A stretch of 64,000 nucleotides of DNA, from contig CAVZYA010000001.1 of NCBI GenBank assembly GCA_963779415.1, forward strand, positions 480,001 through 544,000, written 5' to 3'. The stretch's first letter is position 1; every line of letters starts with the position of its first letter. Positions 10,184 to 20,804 of this stretch are shown here, in pieces. This DNA comes from an uncultured Acidobacteriota bacterium. Lineage in GTDB: Bacteria; Acidobacteriota; Thermoanaerobaculia; UBA5066. Under the pieces are notes generated by a model. That model saw only the letters and a list, made by a program, of their open reading frames with translations, was not told the origin of the DNA and did not search any database. The translations under genes were made by a program, and so were the position numbers.

Positions 10184-11151
10184 CACGCTTCTCCGCCCTC
10201 CCGCCCCCGCTCCGCGAGCGCGTCGCCGAGGCGCGGGTCGAGCCATGCCGAGACGACGTCCGCCGCCGTGCTCGCCGTGACGACGGCGAGGCCGGAGAGG
10301 AGCGAGGCCCCGAGGACGACGGGGACGTCGCGTGCGAAGACGCCGTCGGCGAGGAGCCGTCCGGCCCCGGGCCACGCGAAGAGCCTCTCCACGAGGACGG
10401 AGCCGGCGATGAGGGAAGGAACGAGGATCGCGGCGAGCGCCGAGAAGGCTCCCGCGGAGCGGCGCAGCGCGCGAAGGACGGCTCCGGTCTCCCCTTCGCC
10501 CCGGGCGCGCGCCGCGAGGGCTGCCGGGTCTTCCAGCGCCTGCCGGACGCAGGTCCGGACGAAACGCGAGAGAAGGCCGAGCGCCCCGAGCCCCATCGTC
10601 GCGACCGGAAGGACGATTCCCCGAAGGCCCTCCTCCGGGTCGGAGAAGAACGGCGTCCACTTCAGCTTCCCCGAAAAGACGAAAAGGAGGAGAAGGCCGA
10701 GGGCGAACGGGGGCGCGGCGAAGAGGACGTCGAAGAGGGCGCCGCTCGTCCGGTCGAAACCCCCTTCCGGTCTCCGCGCGGCCGCGACGCCCGCCGGAAC
10801 GGCGATGAGAAGAGCGGCCAGAAGGGCGCAGCCGTTCAGGAGAAGCGTAGCGGGGAGCGTCTCGGCGAGCCGGTCGCGCACCTCGCGCCCGTCCTGGAAC
10901 GACCGGCCGAGGTCGAGGCGGACCGCGTGGACGCACCACGAAAGGTACCGGACGGGGAGCGGCTGGTCGAGACCGTGAAGCTTCCGGAAAGCCTCGACCG
11001 CTTCCGGCGCGACCGGCCTCGTTCCCCCGCTCCGGGCCGCGACGAGGGCCGGATCTCCCGGAGCCGCGGCGAGAAGAAAGAAAACGAGCGTCAGGACGCC
11101 GGCCAGTGTCGCGAGCGCCGAAAGGAGACGCCGCAACGCGAAGGCGAGCAT
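10183..11151 (-). CDS. Peptide ABC transporter permease (OppB/DppB-like)
   Basis: PGDP, GLDQPL..RY, DLGRSF, VERLFAWPG.G motifs. Confidence 0.9.
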   Translation of the reverse strand: MLAFALRRLLSALATLAGVLTLVFFLLAAAPGDPALVAARSGGTRPVAPEAVEAFRKLHGLDQPLPVRYLSWCVHAVRLDLGRSFQDGREVRDRLAETLPATLLLNGCALLAALLIAVPAGVAAARRPEGGFDRTSGALFDVLFAAPPFALGLLLLFVFSGKLKWTPFFSDPEEGLRGIVLPVATMGLGALGLLSRFVRTCVRQALEDPAALAARARGEGETGAVLRALRRSAGAFSALAAILVPSLIAGSVLVERLFAWPGAGRLLADGVFARDVPVVLGASLLSGLAVVTASTAADVVSAWLDPRLGDALAERGREGGEA

Positions 11152-11170
11152 GCGGGAATGTTACGCGGCG

Positions 11171-12754
11171 TCAGAGAGGGGCCAGACCCGGACCGACCTT
11201 CCAGGCCGAGGCTCCGGGCCAGAAGAGGAAGAGGCCGAGCGGCGAGGTCCGGACGTTCTCGAGCCGCTTCGAGACGCCCCACCGGGATTTGACGTTGTGG
11301 AGGAAGGTGACCGGCTCGTCCTCGTGGAGGATCCGGAGGAGCTGGCCATAGAGCTTCCGGGCCTCCTCGCGGTCGAAGGTGGTCCGGAGCCGGTCCATCA
11401 GCGCGTCCGCCTCCGGGTTCGAGTAGCCGACCGTGTTCCATCCTTTCGGAGCCCTCTGGCTGGAATGCCAGTAGACGGCGAGATCGGGGTTCGGATCGAG
11501 GCTGTACGCGAGGATCGCCGCTTCGAAGTCCCCTTCGTCCACCTTCGCGCCGAAAGACGCCCACTCCATCGGCCGGACGGTCATTTCGATCCCCGCCTTC
11601 CGGTAGGACTGCTGGACGATTTCCACGATCTGACGCTGAAGCTCGCTCCCCGTCCCGAGGAGAAGCGTGAAGGCGAAGGGCCGGCCTCCCCGCCGGCGGA
11701 CGCCGTCGGGCCCCTTGGGGAACCCGGCCTCGTCGAGAAGCGCCTCGGCCTTGCTCGGGTCGTACGGCCACGGCGCGATCGAGGGGTCGTAGGGCCAGAG
11801 ACCGGGGGGAATCGGCCCGGAGGCGGGAACCGCGAGGCCTCCGTAGAGAGTCCGCGCGATCGTCGCGCGGTCGATGAGCATCGTCAGCGCCCGGCGGACC
11901 TTCGGGGAGGCGAAAAGCGGGTTGTCGTTCTTCCAGGCCAGATACGTGTAGCCGAGTTCGTCGAAGACGAGCGACCGTGCGGCGGCCGCGGGGTCGCCGT
12001 CGAGGCGCGTCTTCTGCTCGTAGCTCACGCGCATCTCGTGCAGCTCGCCGGAGAGAAGGGCCTGGAAGGCCGACGCGTTCTCCGGGACGACCCGGAAGAA
12101 GACGCGCCCCGGCCCGGGGCGCTCACCGGCGTACTGCGTGTTCCGGACCAGCTCGATCGTCCGGCCCGTTTCCCACCGCGCGATCCGGTAAGGGCCGTTC
12201 GCGAGCGGATTCCGGTTTCGCGGGTTCGTGTTGACGTCCTTCCCGGCATAGTCGGCCGCGGGAAGGAGCGGGAGATTGAAGGCCCCGAGCCGCTCGGCAT
12301 ACGGCTCGCGGAAGACGACGCGCGCCGTTCGGGGGCCGACGACGTCCACGCGCTCGAAGCCGTCCCAGTAGCTCTTCCGCGACAGGGCGGGCGTCTTCGG
12401 GTCGACGAGGATCCGGATCGTGGTCGCCACATCCTCGGCCGTCACCGGGCTCCCGTCCTCCCAGCGCAGCCCCGGGTGAAGCGTCACCGTGAAGGTCCGG
12501 TAGTCCGCCGACGCCGTCACGGACTCCGCGAGCCCGGGGACGAGCTTCAGCGTCTCGTCGTACTCGAGGAGGTTCCTGAGGACGAGCGAGAGGACGATGT
12601 TCTCCGGGTCGGTCGTGGCGAGGATCGGGTTCAGCGTCCTCGGCTCGCCTTCCAGGCGCCGCTGGACGACGCTCTCGGGGTGCTTCCCCGCCGGACCGCA
12701 CGCCGTGAGGAGGAAGGCGAACGCCAAAGCGGCGAGGGCGCGGCGCGCGATCAC
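11171..12754 (-). CDS. Peptide ABC transporter substrate-binding lipoprotein (family 5)
   Basis: GTG start with lipobox LLTAC. TLNP, PGLAES, DGSPVTAEDV, ANGPY, VRRALTMLIDR motifs. Confidence 0.9.
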   Translation of the reverse strand: MIARRALAALAFAFLLTACGPAGKHPESVVQRRLEGEPRTLNPILATTDPENIVLSLVLRNLLEYDETLKLVPGLAESVTASADYRTFTVTLHPGLRWEDGSPVTAEDVATTIRILVDPKTPALSRKSYWDGFERVDVVGPRTARVVFREPYAERLGAFNLPLLPAADYAGKDVNTNPRNRNPLANGPYRIARWETGRTIELVRNTQYAGERPGPGRVFFRVVPENASAFQALLSGELHEMRVSYEQKTRLDGDPAAAARSLVFDELGYTYLAWKNDNPLFASPKVRRALTMLIDRATIARTLYGGLAVPASGPIPPGLWPYDPSIAPWPYDPSKAEALLDEAGFPKGPDGVRRRGGRPFAFTLLLGTGSELQRQIVEIVQQSYRKAGIEMTVRPMEWASFGAKVDEGDFEAAILAYSLDPNPDLAVYWHSSQRAPKGWNTVGYSNPEADALMDRLRTTFDREEARKLYGQLLRILHEDEPVTFLHNVKSRWGVSKRLENVRTSPLGLFLFWPGASAWKVGPGLAPL

Positions 12755-14993
12755 CGGAAGTCCTTCGGGTACTCGACGGACGCGGCCGCCCAGTTCCCCG
12801 CGGCGTCGAGAACGCGGATCGAGAGGACGGCGGCTCTTTCGGGCTTGGGAACCCGGAAGATGAATCGGGCGGACGTAGAGCCGCCGGCGCCGTCGTCCGA
12901 CGCGAGCGGCCGCCAGCGGTCGGCGTTTACCGCGCCTTCCCCCTTCACGACGGGAGAAAGAGCGTCGGTGGCGAGGAGGCGGATCTCCAGTCTCTCCGCC
13001 GACGACCTTCGCCGACTCCACTTTCATCGCGGGGGGCGTGTTGTCGATGACGACGATCGGCGTTTCCTCCGTCGCGGTGAGGGCTTCCGGCTCGGGGTTC
13101 GCGAGATGGTCGGACGCGGTGACCCGGAACCGGTATCTTCCGTCGGGGAGGGCGGTCGTGTCGAAGGAGCAGAACGGCTCCTCGACCTCCTTCCGGATCA
13201 GGAACCAGAGGTCCGTTCCCTCTCTTCTCGCATCGACGTCGTAGCGGAGCGGATCGCCGTTCGGGTCGATTCCCCGCCAGCTGATCGTCCGGAATCCCTT
13301 CCGGTAGAGGCGCCGCGCCCCGGGCTCCCCCCCGGCCGGTTCCCGAGAAGGCTCGAGCCCGGCGTAGATGCCGTTCTCGTCGGGATTCGTCACCGAGAGG
13401 ACGTTCGCCCCCGACGAGCCCGGCCTCGGGATGACGGCGCCGGGATCGAGGACCGTCACGTTCTCGAGGACGGGGCGGGCATTCCGCTCCGCATACGAGA
13501 AATCCACGCGCTCGACCGACAGGCGTCCCGCCTTTCGCGTTCCCGGTGAGAGTGGCCCTCCACTGGAAGAAGCGCGCCCCCGGCAGCTTCGCCGAGCCGT
13601 CGGACGCCACCGACGCCCACTCCGTCCAGGTGTCATCGGGCTTCTCGGAGTTGCCGGCGCGCACGTCGAAGGAGAGGCGGCAGCCTCCCGGCACGACTCC
13701 TTCGTACCGGAGGCGCCCGAAGGCCGAAAGGCGCGACGCATCCCGCACGGCGGAGGTGAAGGTTCCCGTCGGTGTTCCGGAGGCCGGGCAGGAAGACGCC
13801 GGGAGCGCCCATCGTGACGACGGCGAAGCCCGCTCCGGAGGGAGGCGCGTCCACGGCGAGCTTCTCCCCCGTCTGCGCCACGAGCCGAAGGCTCCGGTCC
13901 TTCAGGGCGTAGACGCGCCCGCGTGCGCCGGTCGCGACGAGGATGCCCCCGTCGCGGTCGGCCCGGATCGAATAGGCCGCTTCCTCGGGAAAGGTCCACT
14001 CGGGCTCGACGAAGCCGTCGGGAGAGATCGCGACGACCTCGCTGCTTCCTCCGCCGCCGGGCGCCGGAGTCGGCGAGACGCGCGCCGTCCGCGCGGAGAT
14101 CGAGACCGAGCCCCGTGGAGTCTCCTCGCCGGCGGCGGGTGATGGCGTCGGGGTCGGGGTCGGGACGGCCGGACGGGACGCGCGCAGATCCGGAAGCGCC
14201 GTCCGCGGCGCCCCGGCTTCGGCGCTCGCCGCAGCCGCGTGGATCTTCCCCGAGGCGTCCACGACGATTCCGACGACCTCCGGCTTCGAGAAATCGTAGA
14301 GGGTCCTCTTCTTCCCGTCCGGCGTCGCGGCGATCAGAAGGCCGCGATCGGAGGTTCCGGCGTAGACGGTGCCGTCCCGGCCCACGGTGAGGGAGCGGGC
14401 GTGCACGTCCTCCGTCTCGAGGAACATCTCGAGCTTTCCGGAAGGGGTCCGGCGCCAGATCCGTCCCTTGTTCCCGGTTCCCGCATAGAGCGTCCCGTCC
14501 GGTCCGAAAGCCAGCGACCAGATCGCCGCTTCCTGGGGCGAGCCCCAGTCGGTTCCCGCCGACGCCGGATCCTTCGCCCCCGGGTCGATCCGGTAGATCC
14601 TCCCGTTCGGCGACGTCGCGCAGACGACCGTTCCGTCGGACGCCACCGCCACGGCCGTGACGTTCGGCTCGGCGGCGCGGAAGACGACGCGAGATCTTTC
14701 CCCCGTTCCCGGTCGCGAAGAGCCGGCCGATGCCCCCTCCGGTCGCGACGTAGACCCGTCCCTGACGCGTCGGACGCCGCGCCGAAGACGACCGCGTCCG
14801 CGGCATCCTCCGGCCACTCCTTCGGACCGAGCGGAATTCCGAGCGTCAGCCGCCCGTCGGCCGTCACGGCCGTTCCTTTCGCGTCGCCGGCGAGGAAGTC
14901 ACGGGCCGACGCCGTCGACGCGATGCGGGGCGTCCCGGCCGAAAGGGGGAGAGCCACCAGGAGAGCGAGCACGAGAGACGACGCCTTCGACAC
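12751..14993 (-). pseudogene. Secreted beta-propeller + Ig/FN3-like protein, interrupted by about 5 frameshifts (probably assembly errors)
   Basis: One protein can be stitched across ORFs 14334..15026, 11171..14806, 13633..14817, 12945..13748 and 12751..12948: signal peptide, repeated 'DGTLYAGT' blades, DPNGD and LPDGRYRFRVTASD...DNTPP. Confidence 0.75.
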
Positions 14994-15022
14994 GCAGAAT
15001 TCCTCCGGGCCGCGGCGCGACG

Positions 15023-16815
15023 TCACGAGCGCGGCCTCTCGACTTCGAACGGCAGGCGGACGGACCCCGTCACCGGACGGTCGAGGACGACGAGCCGCTC
15101 GTCCACGATCCGGGATCCGAGACTGTGGCGCGACCCTTCTCCCTGTTCTCCGTCGCCGAGGAGAGCCGCCGCCGAGGGGGGAAGCGCCGTGAGCGTGGAG
15201 GATCCCGTCGACGGCCCCGCGCCCGGAGACGACGAGCGCCGCTCCGAGCCGGTCGGCCGGGACGATCCGTTCGACGAACCGGCGCAGGTCCCCGAGGGAG
15301 CGCGGCTCACCGGGCTCCAGCGAGAAGACGGAGAGAGGAGATCGAGTTTCCGTCCCCGATGAAGAGAGTCGCCCGCCCGTCCGGAAGCTCGCGCGGAACC
15401 TTCAGCCGGACGACTTCGGTCCTCTCCGCTCCCCGCCGGTCCGCGAGACGCACCGTCGCGACGACGTCGGACCCGGGCGCGACGCGGCGGGAGACGAGAG
15501 CCGCGTCCACGATCCGGAAGCGGCGTTCGCCGGCGTCGCTCACGGCGTCGATCGTCACCCCCGAGATCATCGGGTCGGCGAAATCGTTGTCCGCGAGGAG
15601 CCCCGCGAGGACCGACGTCGTGAGGACGGCGGCCTCCTTCGCGTGCGGCCCCGAGAGGAGGTCCTCCCAGACCACCGGTCCGGCCGCCGTGTCGAACGAA
15701 ACCCGAAAGCGGAGCGTCCGGTCCTTCGGCGTCGGATCGGAGGTCGTCAGGGCCGCGTCCGTCGAGATCGCCAGGAGAAGCGGGAGGAGCTGCGGAAGAG
15801 GCACCACGCGGTATGCGAGATCGCGCGTCGTCGCCCCGGAGCGGAACCGGAACTTCACCGGCACCATCGGCGCCGTCCCGTCGGCACGGCCGGCAACGCC
15901 GGAGTCCCGGTCCCTCGTCAGCCGCCATCTCGCGGTCCCGGCCGGATGGCCGATCTTGAACGAAGTGTAGACGCTCGGAATGACCGTCAGAACCGTCGCC
16001 GGCGCGACGGGGACCTCAAGCTCGCCCATCCCGAGGAAGGGATGTCCGAAGGCGACGAATCGCCCGTCGCCGTCCACCTCCGTCACGGTCCCCGTGGCGC
16101 CCAATTGGTAGTCGCCGTCCACGAGGAGCGCGGTGATCGCGCCTCCCGCTGCGAGCGTGGGCGGCAGCGAGGGAGCCGGGACGGGGCCCCCGACGGTGGG
16201 CGCCGCCGCAACGGCTTCCGTCACGCCTATCTTCGCGAGGAGCCGGTCGTGCCGGAGAAGCGTCTCGGCCGGAATCGCGCTCCACGAGGGAGCGAGGAGA
16301 TTCGTCGACGCCTCGGGGAGGAACGATTCCATCTCGCGGAAGCGGCGTTCGAGCGTTCCGAACCCGGAGCCGGCGGGCGAGGAGAGCGCCTCGAGGAGCT
16401 CGGAAGGCCGGAACGTCGAGACAGGCCTCCCCACGGGCGCGGCGGAGGTGTTCTCGATCGAGAGCATCGCCTCGATCGGCGTCACGCCCCCGATCGCCTC
16501 CTTCTCGAACGGAATGCCGCTCGAGAGGGCTCCGGCGAGCTTGCCGTCGAGATAGATCGGGCTTCCGCTCATCCCCGCGACGATTCCGCTGTTTTCGAGC
16601 CCGAGCCCCGACGCGCGGACCATGATCGTGGACCGCCCGGGGGTGAGGGCGTGAATGACCCCGAGGACCTCCACCTCGAACCGCTCGATCTTCTCCCCCT
16701 TCACGACCGTCAACCCCCATCCCTTCATCCCCGGAACGACTTTCGAGAGCGGGAGGATCTCCTCGGCCCGGACGCCGGCGGCTCCGAGGAGCAGGGCCAG
16801 GACGACGGCCGTCAC
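15023..16815 (-). CDS. SpoIVB-like peptidase S55 (two frameshifts near the C-terminus)
   Basis: Signal peptide, GIVAGMSGSP catalytic Ser motif, AFGHPF. Reading continues through two shifts (~15325, ~15210) to ...FEVERPRS stop at 15023. Confidence 0.85.
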
Positions 16816-16900
16816 AACTTTTGACCGCGGCGGAAGGGGCGTGCTACCTTGCCGGGACGGTCCGCGACGGGTCCGTCGAAGGAGTGCAGCAAGGGGGGAC

Positions 16901-17596
16901 ATGACGGAAACCGGCGGCAGCAACATCATCCAGTTGTTCCTCGGCGCCGGCTGGACGGCGAAGGTCGTCCTCGGCATCCTCGCGGTCTTCTCCCTCGCGT
17001 CGTGGGCGATCATCGTCGCCAAGGCGTGGAGTTTCGCACGGGCGCGCGGCCAGAGCCGCGGCTTCCTTTCGAACTTCCGGAAGAGCCGGAAATTCGCCGA
17101 CGTCCTCTCCGTCTGCGACCGGTTCGAGTCGAGCCCGCTCGTGGGGCTCTTCCGGTCCGGGTACGCCGAGCTGGACCAGCAGGTCCGCGACGGCCGCGAG
17201 GTGGCCCCCTCCGACGCCGGGAGACTCTTCGTGAAGAGCCTTCCGGCCATCGAGCGGGCTCTCCAGCGCGCGGCCGGGGTCGAGACGACCCGGCTGACGC
17301 GCAGCATGCAGTTCCTCGCGACGACGGCCTCCGCGACCCCTTTCATCGGCCTCTTCGGGACGGTCTGGGGAATCATGGTCTCCTTCTCGCAGATCGCGGC
17401 CAAGGGGAACTCCTCGATCGTCGCGGTCGCGCCCGGAATCGCCGAGGCCCTCATCAACACGGCCGCGGGCCTCGTCGCCGCCGTTCCCGCCCTGATCGCC
17501 TACAACAACCTGAACGGCAAGGTCCGGGTGATGCGCGCGGAGATGAACGACTTCGCGCTGGAGTTCCTGAACCTCGCCGAGCGGCACTTCACCTGA
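16901..17596 (+). CDS. tolQ: TolQ (MotA/TolQ/ExbB family)
   Basis: PFIGLFGTVWGIM and PGIAEALINTAAGL..A.PA motifs. First gene of a tol-pal operon. Confidence 0.93.
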   Translation: MTETGGSNIIQLFLGAGWTAKVVLGILAVFSLASWAIIVAKAWSFARARGQSRGFLSNFRKSRKFADVLSVCDRFESSPLVGLFRSGYAELDQQVRDGREVAPSDAGRLFVKSLPAIERALQRAAGVETTRLTRSMQFLATTASATPFIGLFGTVWGIMVSFSQIAAKGNSSIVAVAPGIAEALINTAAGLVAAVPALIAYNNLNGKVRVMRAEMNDFALEFLNLAERHFT

Positions 17597-17609
17597 GGCG
17601 GCCGCGGCG

Positions 17610-18032
17610 ATGTCCTTCCATCTGGACGACGAGACGCACGCCCTTTCCGACATCAACGTCACCCCGCTCGTGGACGTGATGCTCGTCCTCCTCGTCATCT
17701 TCATGGTGACGGCGCCGCTCCTCCAGCAGGGGATCGACGTCCAGCTCCCGAAGTCGGTGGCGCAGAACCTCCCCCAGGCGCCGGAGGACCCGATCATCCT
17801 CTCGATCACGAAGAACCAAGTCTACTACCTGAACGAGACGCCCGTCCCCCGCCAGCAGCTCTCGGAGCGCCTGAAGGTCATCCTCCGGAACCGGAGGAGC
17901 AAGGCGATCTACCTCAAGGCGGACCGGAACCTCCCGTACGGCACCGTCGTCGAGACGATGGACATCCTGAACCGCCTCGGCGTGGAAAGTCTCGGGATGG
18001 TGACCGAACTCCGGAGCGTCGAGAAACCGTGA
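17610..18032 (+). CDS. tolR: TolR/ExbD
   Basis: INVTPLVDVMLVLLVIFMVTAP, LKAD. Confidence 0.92.
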   Translation: MSFHLDDETHALSDINVTPLVDVMLVLLVIFMVTAPLLQQGIDVQLPKSVAQNLPQAPEDPIILSITKNQVYYLNETPVPRQQLSERLKVILRNRRSKAIYLKADRNLPYGTVVETMDILNRLGVESLGMVTELRSVEKP

Positions 18033-18757
18033 CCGTTTCGGAGGTCCTGGAGCGGCGTCTCGAACGGGCCGACGCCCCGTTCGGCCTCGGGCCGGGGGTT
18101 TCTCTCGCGGCGCACGTCGCCTTCCTCGCCCTCCTCATCCTCGTGTCGCGCCCGCGCCCGGTGACCCTCATCCCGGTGGCGCTCCCGGTCCGGGTCGTCT
18201 CTCCCGGGGCGCTCCGCGTGCGGCCGGCTCCTCCCGTCGCGCCCGCGCCGACCCCGGTTCCCGAAAAGCCGGCGAAGCCGAAGCACTTCATCGAGAAGCT
18301 GAACCAGAAACCGGTCCCGTCCGCCACCGCCATGCCCGACCCGTTCGCGAAGAAGAAGTCCGCGCCGACGCCGGTCCCGGCGCCCCCCGCCGTCCCCGCG
18401 CTCGACCTCCCGACCGCCGGCGCGAACGGCGGCGCGGCCGGCGCGCCGGGGCTCAGCTTCGGCACCGACGTCGCCGCCCTCGATGCCGACTTTCCGTTCG
18501 CCTTCTACGTCGACCAGATGCTCACCCTGATCGGCGGCAACTGGCTGAAGCCGGAGGTCTCCGAAGGGACCGCCGCCATCATCGCCTTCAACATCCAGCG
18601 CGACGGCCGGGTCACGGAAGTGAAGCTGATCTCTCCCTCGGGCGTCGGCGTCTATGACCGCGCCGCCATCCGGGCCGTCTATGCCGCCAATCCGCTCCCG
18701 CCGCTCCCGCCGGAGTTCACCGGCGAGCGGCTCGGCGTCCATCTCCGATTCCGGTAA
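18029..18757 (+). CDS. tolA: TolA/TonB C-terminal-domain protein
   Basis: TM helix with S-x3-H (SLAAH), Pro-rich linker, C-terminal IQRDG...SG...DRAAIRAV..ANPLPPLP. Lies between tolR and tolB. Confidence 0.78.
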   Translation: MTVSEVLERRLERADAPFGLGPGVSLAAHVAFLALLILVSRPRPVTLIPVALPVRVVSPGALRVRPAPPVAPAPTPVPEKPAKPKHFIEKLNQKPVPSATAMPDPFAKKKSAPTPVPAPPAVPALDLPTAGANGGAAGAPGLSFGTDVAALDADFPFAFYVDQMLTLIGGNWLKPEVSEGTAAIIAFNIQRDGRVTEVKLISPSGVGVYDRAAIRAVYAANPLPPLPPEFTGERLGVHLRFR

Positions 18758-18778
18758 CGCTCCCACGGAGGAACCTTC

Positions 18779-20161
18779 GTGAAGATCCGCCTGATCGCCC
18801 TTCCGGTAATCCTCGCCGCCCGCCTCGCCGCCGGGGCGCAGGGGCCGCCGGTACCGACACCCGTCCCGCCGGCCACGCCCTCCACCCTCTCTCCGGCGTC
18901 GCCCCAGGAGACGATCATCGCCGTCGACATCTCGAAGCCGAGCGGCGTGAGGACGGCGCTCGCGATCCCGGTCCCGATCTCCCCCCTGACGCCGGAGCTC
19001 CGGACGAAGGCGGTCGATCCGTTCTTCAAGGCGCTGACCGACGACCTCTCCGGCTATCCCGCGTTCGTCGTCGCCGACCCGTCGCTCTACCCCAAGGGGA
19101 CGCGGCCTCCGGTCGCCCGCGAGGACGGCGACGCGTGGATCGCGTCGGGAGCGCAGTTTCTCCTCGATACGCAGGTCCACCCTTCGGGCGCCGGTATCGA
19201 GGTGAGCGCCCAGCTCTACGACCTGAAGTCGCTGCGGAGCGTTCTCGGCAAGGCGTACACGAGCGAGCTGGCCGGGGCGAGGCGGATCGCCCACACGCTC
19301 GCGAACGACGTCGTCCGGCAGTTCACCGGACGGCCGGGCCCCTTCCTCGCAAGGCTCGCCTTCGTCTCCGATCGGACGTCGCCGAAAGGACAGCGGCTGG
19401 AGAAGGAGATCTACCTGATGGACTGGGACGGCGAGAACCAGTGGCGCCTGACGGCGACGCGAAACCTCGCCCTCGCGCCGGACTGGTCCCCGGACGGGAA
19501 GTCGATCGTCTTCCAGTCTTATTTCAAGGGGACGCCCGGCCTCTTCCTAGTCCCGACCGCCGGTGGCCTGCCGAAGGAGATTCCCCTCTCGACCGAGCTG
19601 AACTCCTCGCCGTCCTTCTCCCCCGACGGCAGGTCGATCGCCTACTGCGGCAGCGTGCGCGGAAATCCCGAGATCTTCGTCGTGAGCCCGGACGGCACCG
19701 GCCTTCGCCGCCTCACGGACAACCAGGCCGTCGACTCCACCCCCCGATGGGCGCCGAACGGGCGGGAGATGGCCTTCACGTCGAATCGGCAGGGCTCCCC
19801 CCAGATCTACCTGATGGACGGCGAAGGGGCGAACGTGCGGCGGGTTTCGCTGGCGGGAAACTGGAACGACGAGGCGGTTTTCGCGCCCGACGGCTCGCGG
19901 ATCGCCTTCGCCTGCGGGAACGAGGGAGCGCTCCAGGTCTGCATCCTCGACCTCCTCTCCGGCCGGACGTTCCAGATCTCGACCGGGCCCGGCGCCCACG
20001 AGAATCCGACGTGGTCCCCCGACGGCTCCAAGATCGCGTGGGAGGTGACGACGGACGACGGGACGCAGATCCGCGTCGCCAACACGGACGGCTCGTCGCC
20101 CCGGATCGTGACCTCCGTCGGGAACAACTCCTCGCCCGCGTGGTCGAAGACGCTAGAATGA
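18779..20161 (+). CDS. tolB: TolB beta-propeller periplasmic protein
   Basis: TolB N-domain (RRIAHTLAND) plus WSPDG repeats. Operon context. Confidence 0.93.
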   Translation: MKIRLIALPVILAARLAAGAQGPPVPTPVPPATPSTLSPASPQETIIAVDISKPSGVRTALAIPVPISPLTPELRTKAVDPFFKALTDDLSGYPAFVVADPSLYPKGTRPPVAREDGDAWIASGAQFLLDTQVHPSGAGIEVSAQLYDLKSLRSVLGKAYTSELAGARRIAHTLANDVVRQFTGRPGPFLARLAFVSDRTSPKGQRLEKEIYLMDWDGENQWRLTATRNLALAPDWSPDGKSIVFQSYFKGTPGLFLVPTAGGLPKEIPLSTELNSSPSFSPDGRSIAYCGSVRGNPEIFVVSPDGTGLRRLTDNQAVDSTPRWAPNGREMAFTSNRQGSPQIYLMDGEGANVRRVSLAGNWNDEAVFAPDGSRIAFACGNEGALQVCILDLLSGRTFQISTGPGAHENPTWSPDGSKIAWEVTTDDGTQIRVANTDGSSPRIVTSVGNNSSPAWSKTLE

Positions 20162-20237
20162 CCGCCGCCCCCGGGACGGCCGGGGCTCTTCCGGTCAGAG
20201 GTTGCCCGGACCCCAGCGCCCCAGAAAGGACTCCGAG

Positions 20238-20804
20238 ATGATTCGTCCTCTGCGCACGTTGCGACCGGTCGCCATCGCCGCCTTCGTCGTCTTCGCGGCC
20301 GCCTGTTCCAAGCAGCCCAAGCCCGAGACGACGCCCGGGCCGACCCCGACCCCCGTCCCGGTGGTGGTGAAGCCGATGCCGACTCCCATTCCCGTCCCCG
20401 AGAAGCCTCCCGAGACGCCCCGGGTCGCGGAGATGACGATCGCGAACCGGACCCTCGCCGAGATTTCCGGGTATCTCAAGCCTGCCTTTTTCGATTACGA
20501 CGCGGCCGAGATCCGGCCCGACGCCCGTGAGGTCCTCGGCGCCGACGCCGACTTCCTCAAGAAGTGGCCCACGGTGAAGGTCACGATCGAGGGGTACTGC
20601 GACGATCGCGGCACCCGCGAATACAACATGGCTCTCGGCCAGCGCCGGGCCTCGGCCGCGAGGGACTTCCTCGTCTCCCTCGGCATCGACTCGCGCCGCA
20701 TCCAGATCATCTCCTACGGCAAGGAGCGTCCGTTCTGTTCGGAGCGGAACGAGGAGTGCTGGCAGAAGAACCGCCGGGCGAACTTCGTGGTGACGGCGAA
20801 GTGA
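20238..20804 (+). CDS. pal: Peptidoglycan-associated lipoprotein
   Basis: Lipobox AAAC, FDYD, IEGYCDDRGTREYNMALGQRRA, SYGKERP, NRRA. Confidence 0.96.
   Translation: MIRPLRTLRPVAIAAFVVFAAACSKQPKPETTPGPTPTPVPVVVKPMPTPIPVPEKPPETPRVAEMTIANRTLAEISGYLKPAFFDYDAAEIRPDAREVLGADADFLKKWPTVKVTIEGYCDDRGTREYNMALGQRRASAARDFLVSLGIDSRRIQIISYGKERPFCSERNEECWQKNRRANFVVTAK

Noticed and set aside
11171-14806. 1211-aa ORF read as a giant ABC substrate-binding fusion
   Set aside because: The lipobox-bearing SBP starts at 12754. The upstream part is a patchwork of frames from the frameshifted propeller gene.
14140-20410. Short GGGGTC/CCGACC tandem-like repeats
   Set aside because: They encode Pro-Thr linkers in the propeller protein, TolA, TolB and Pal, and are not independent DNA repeats.
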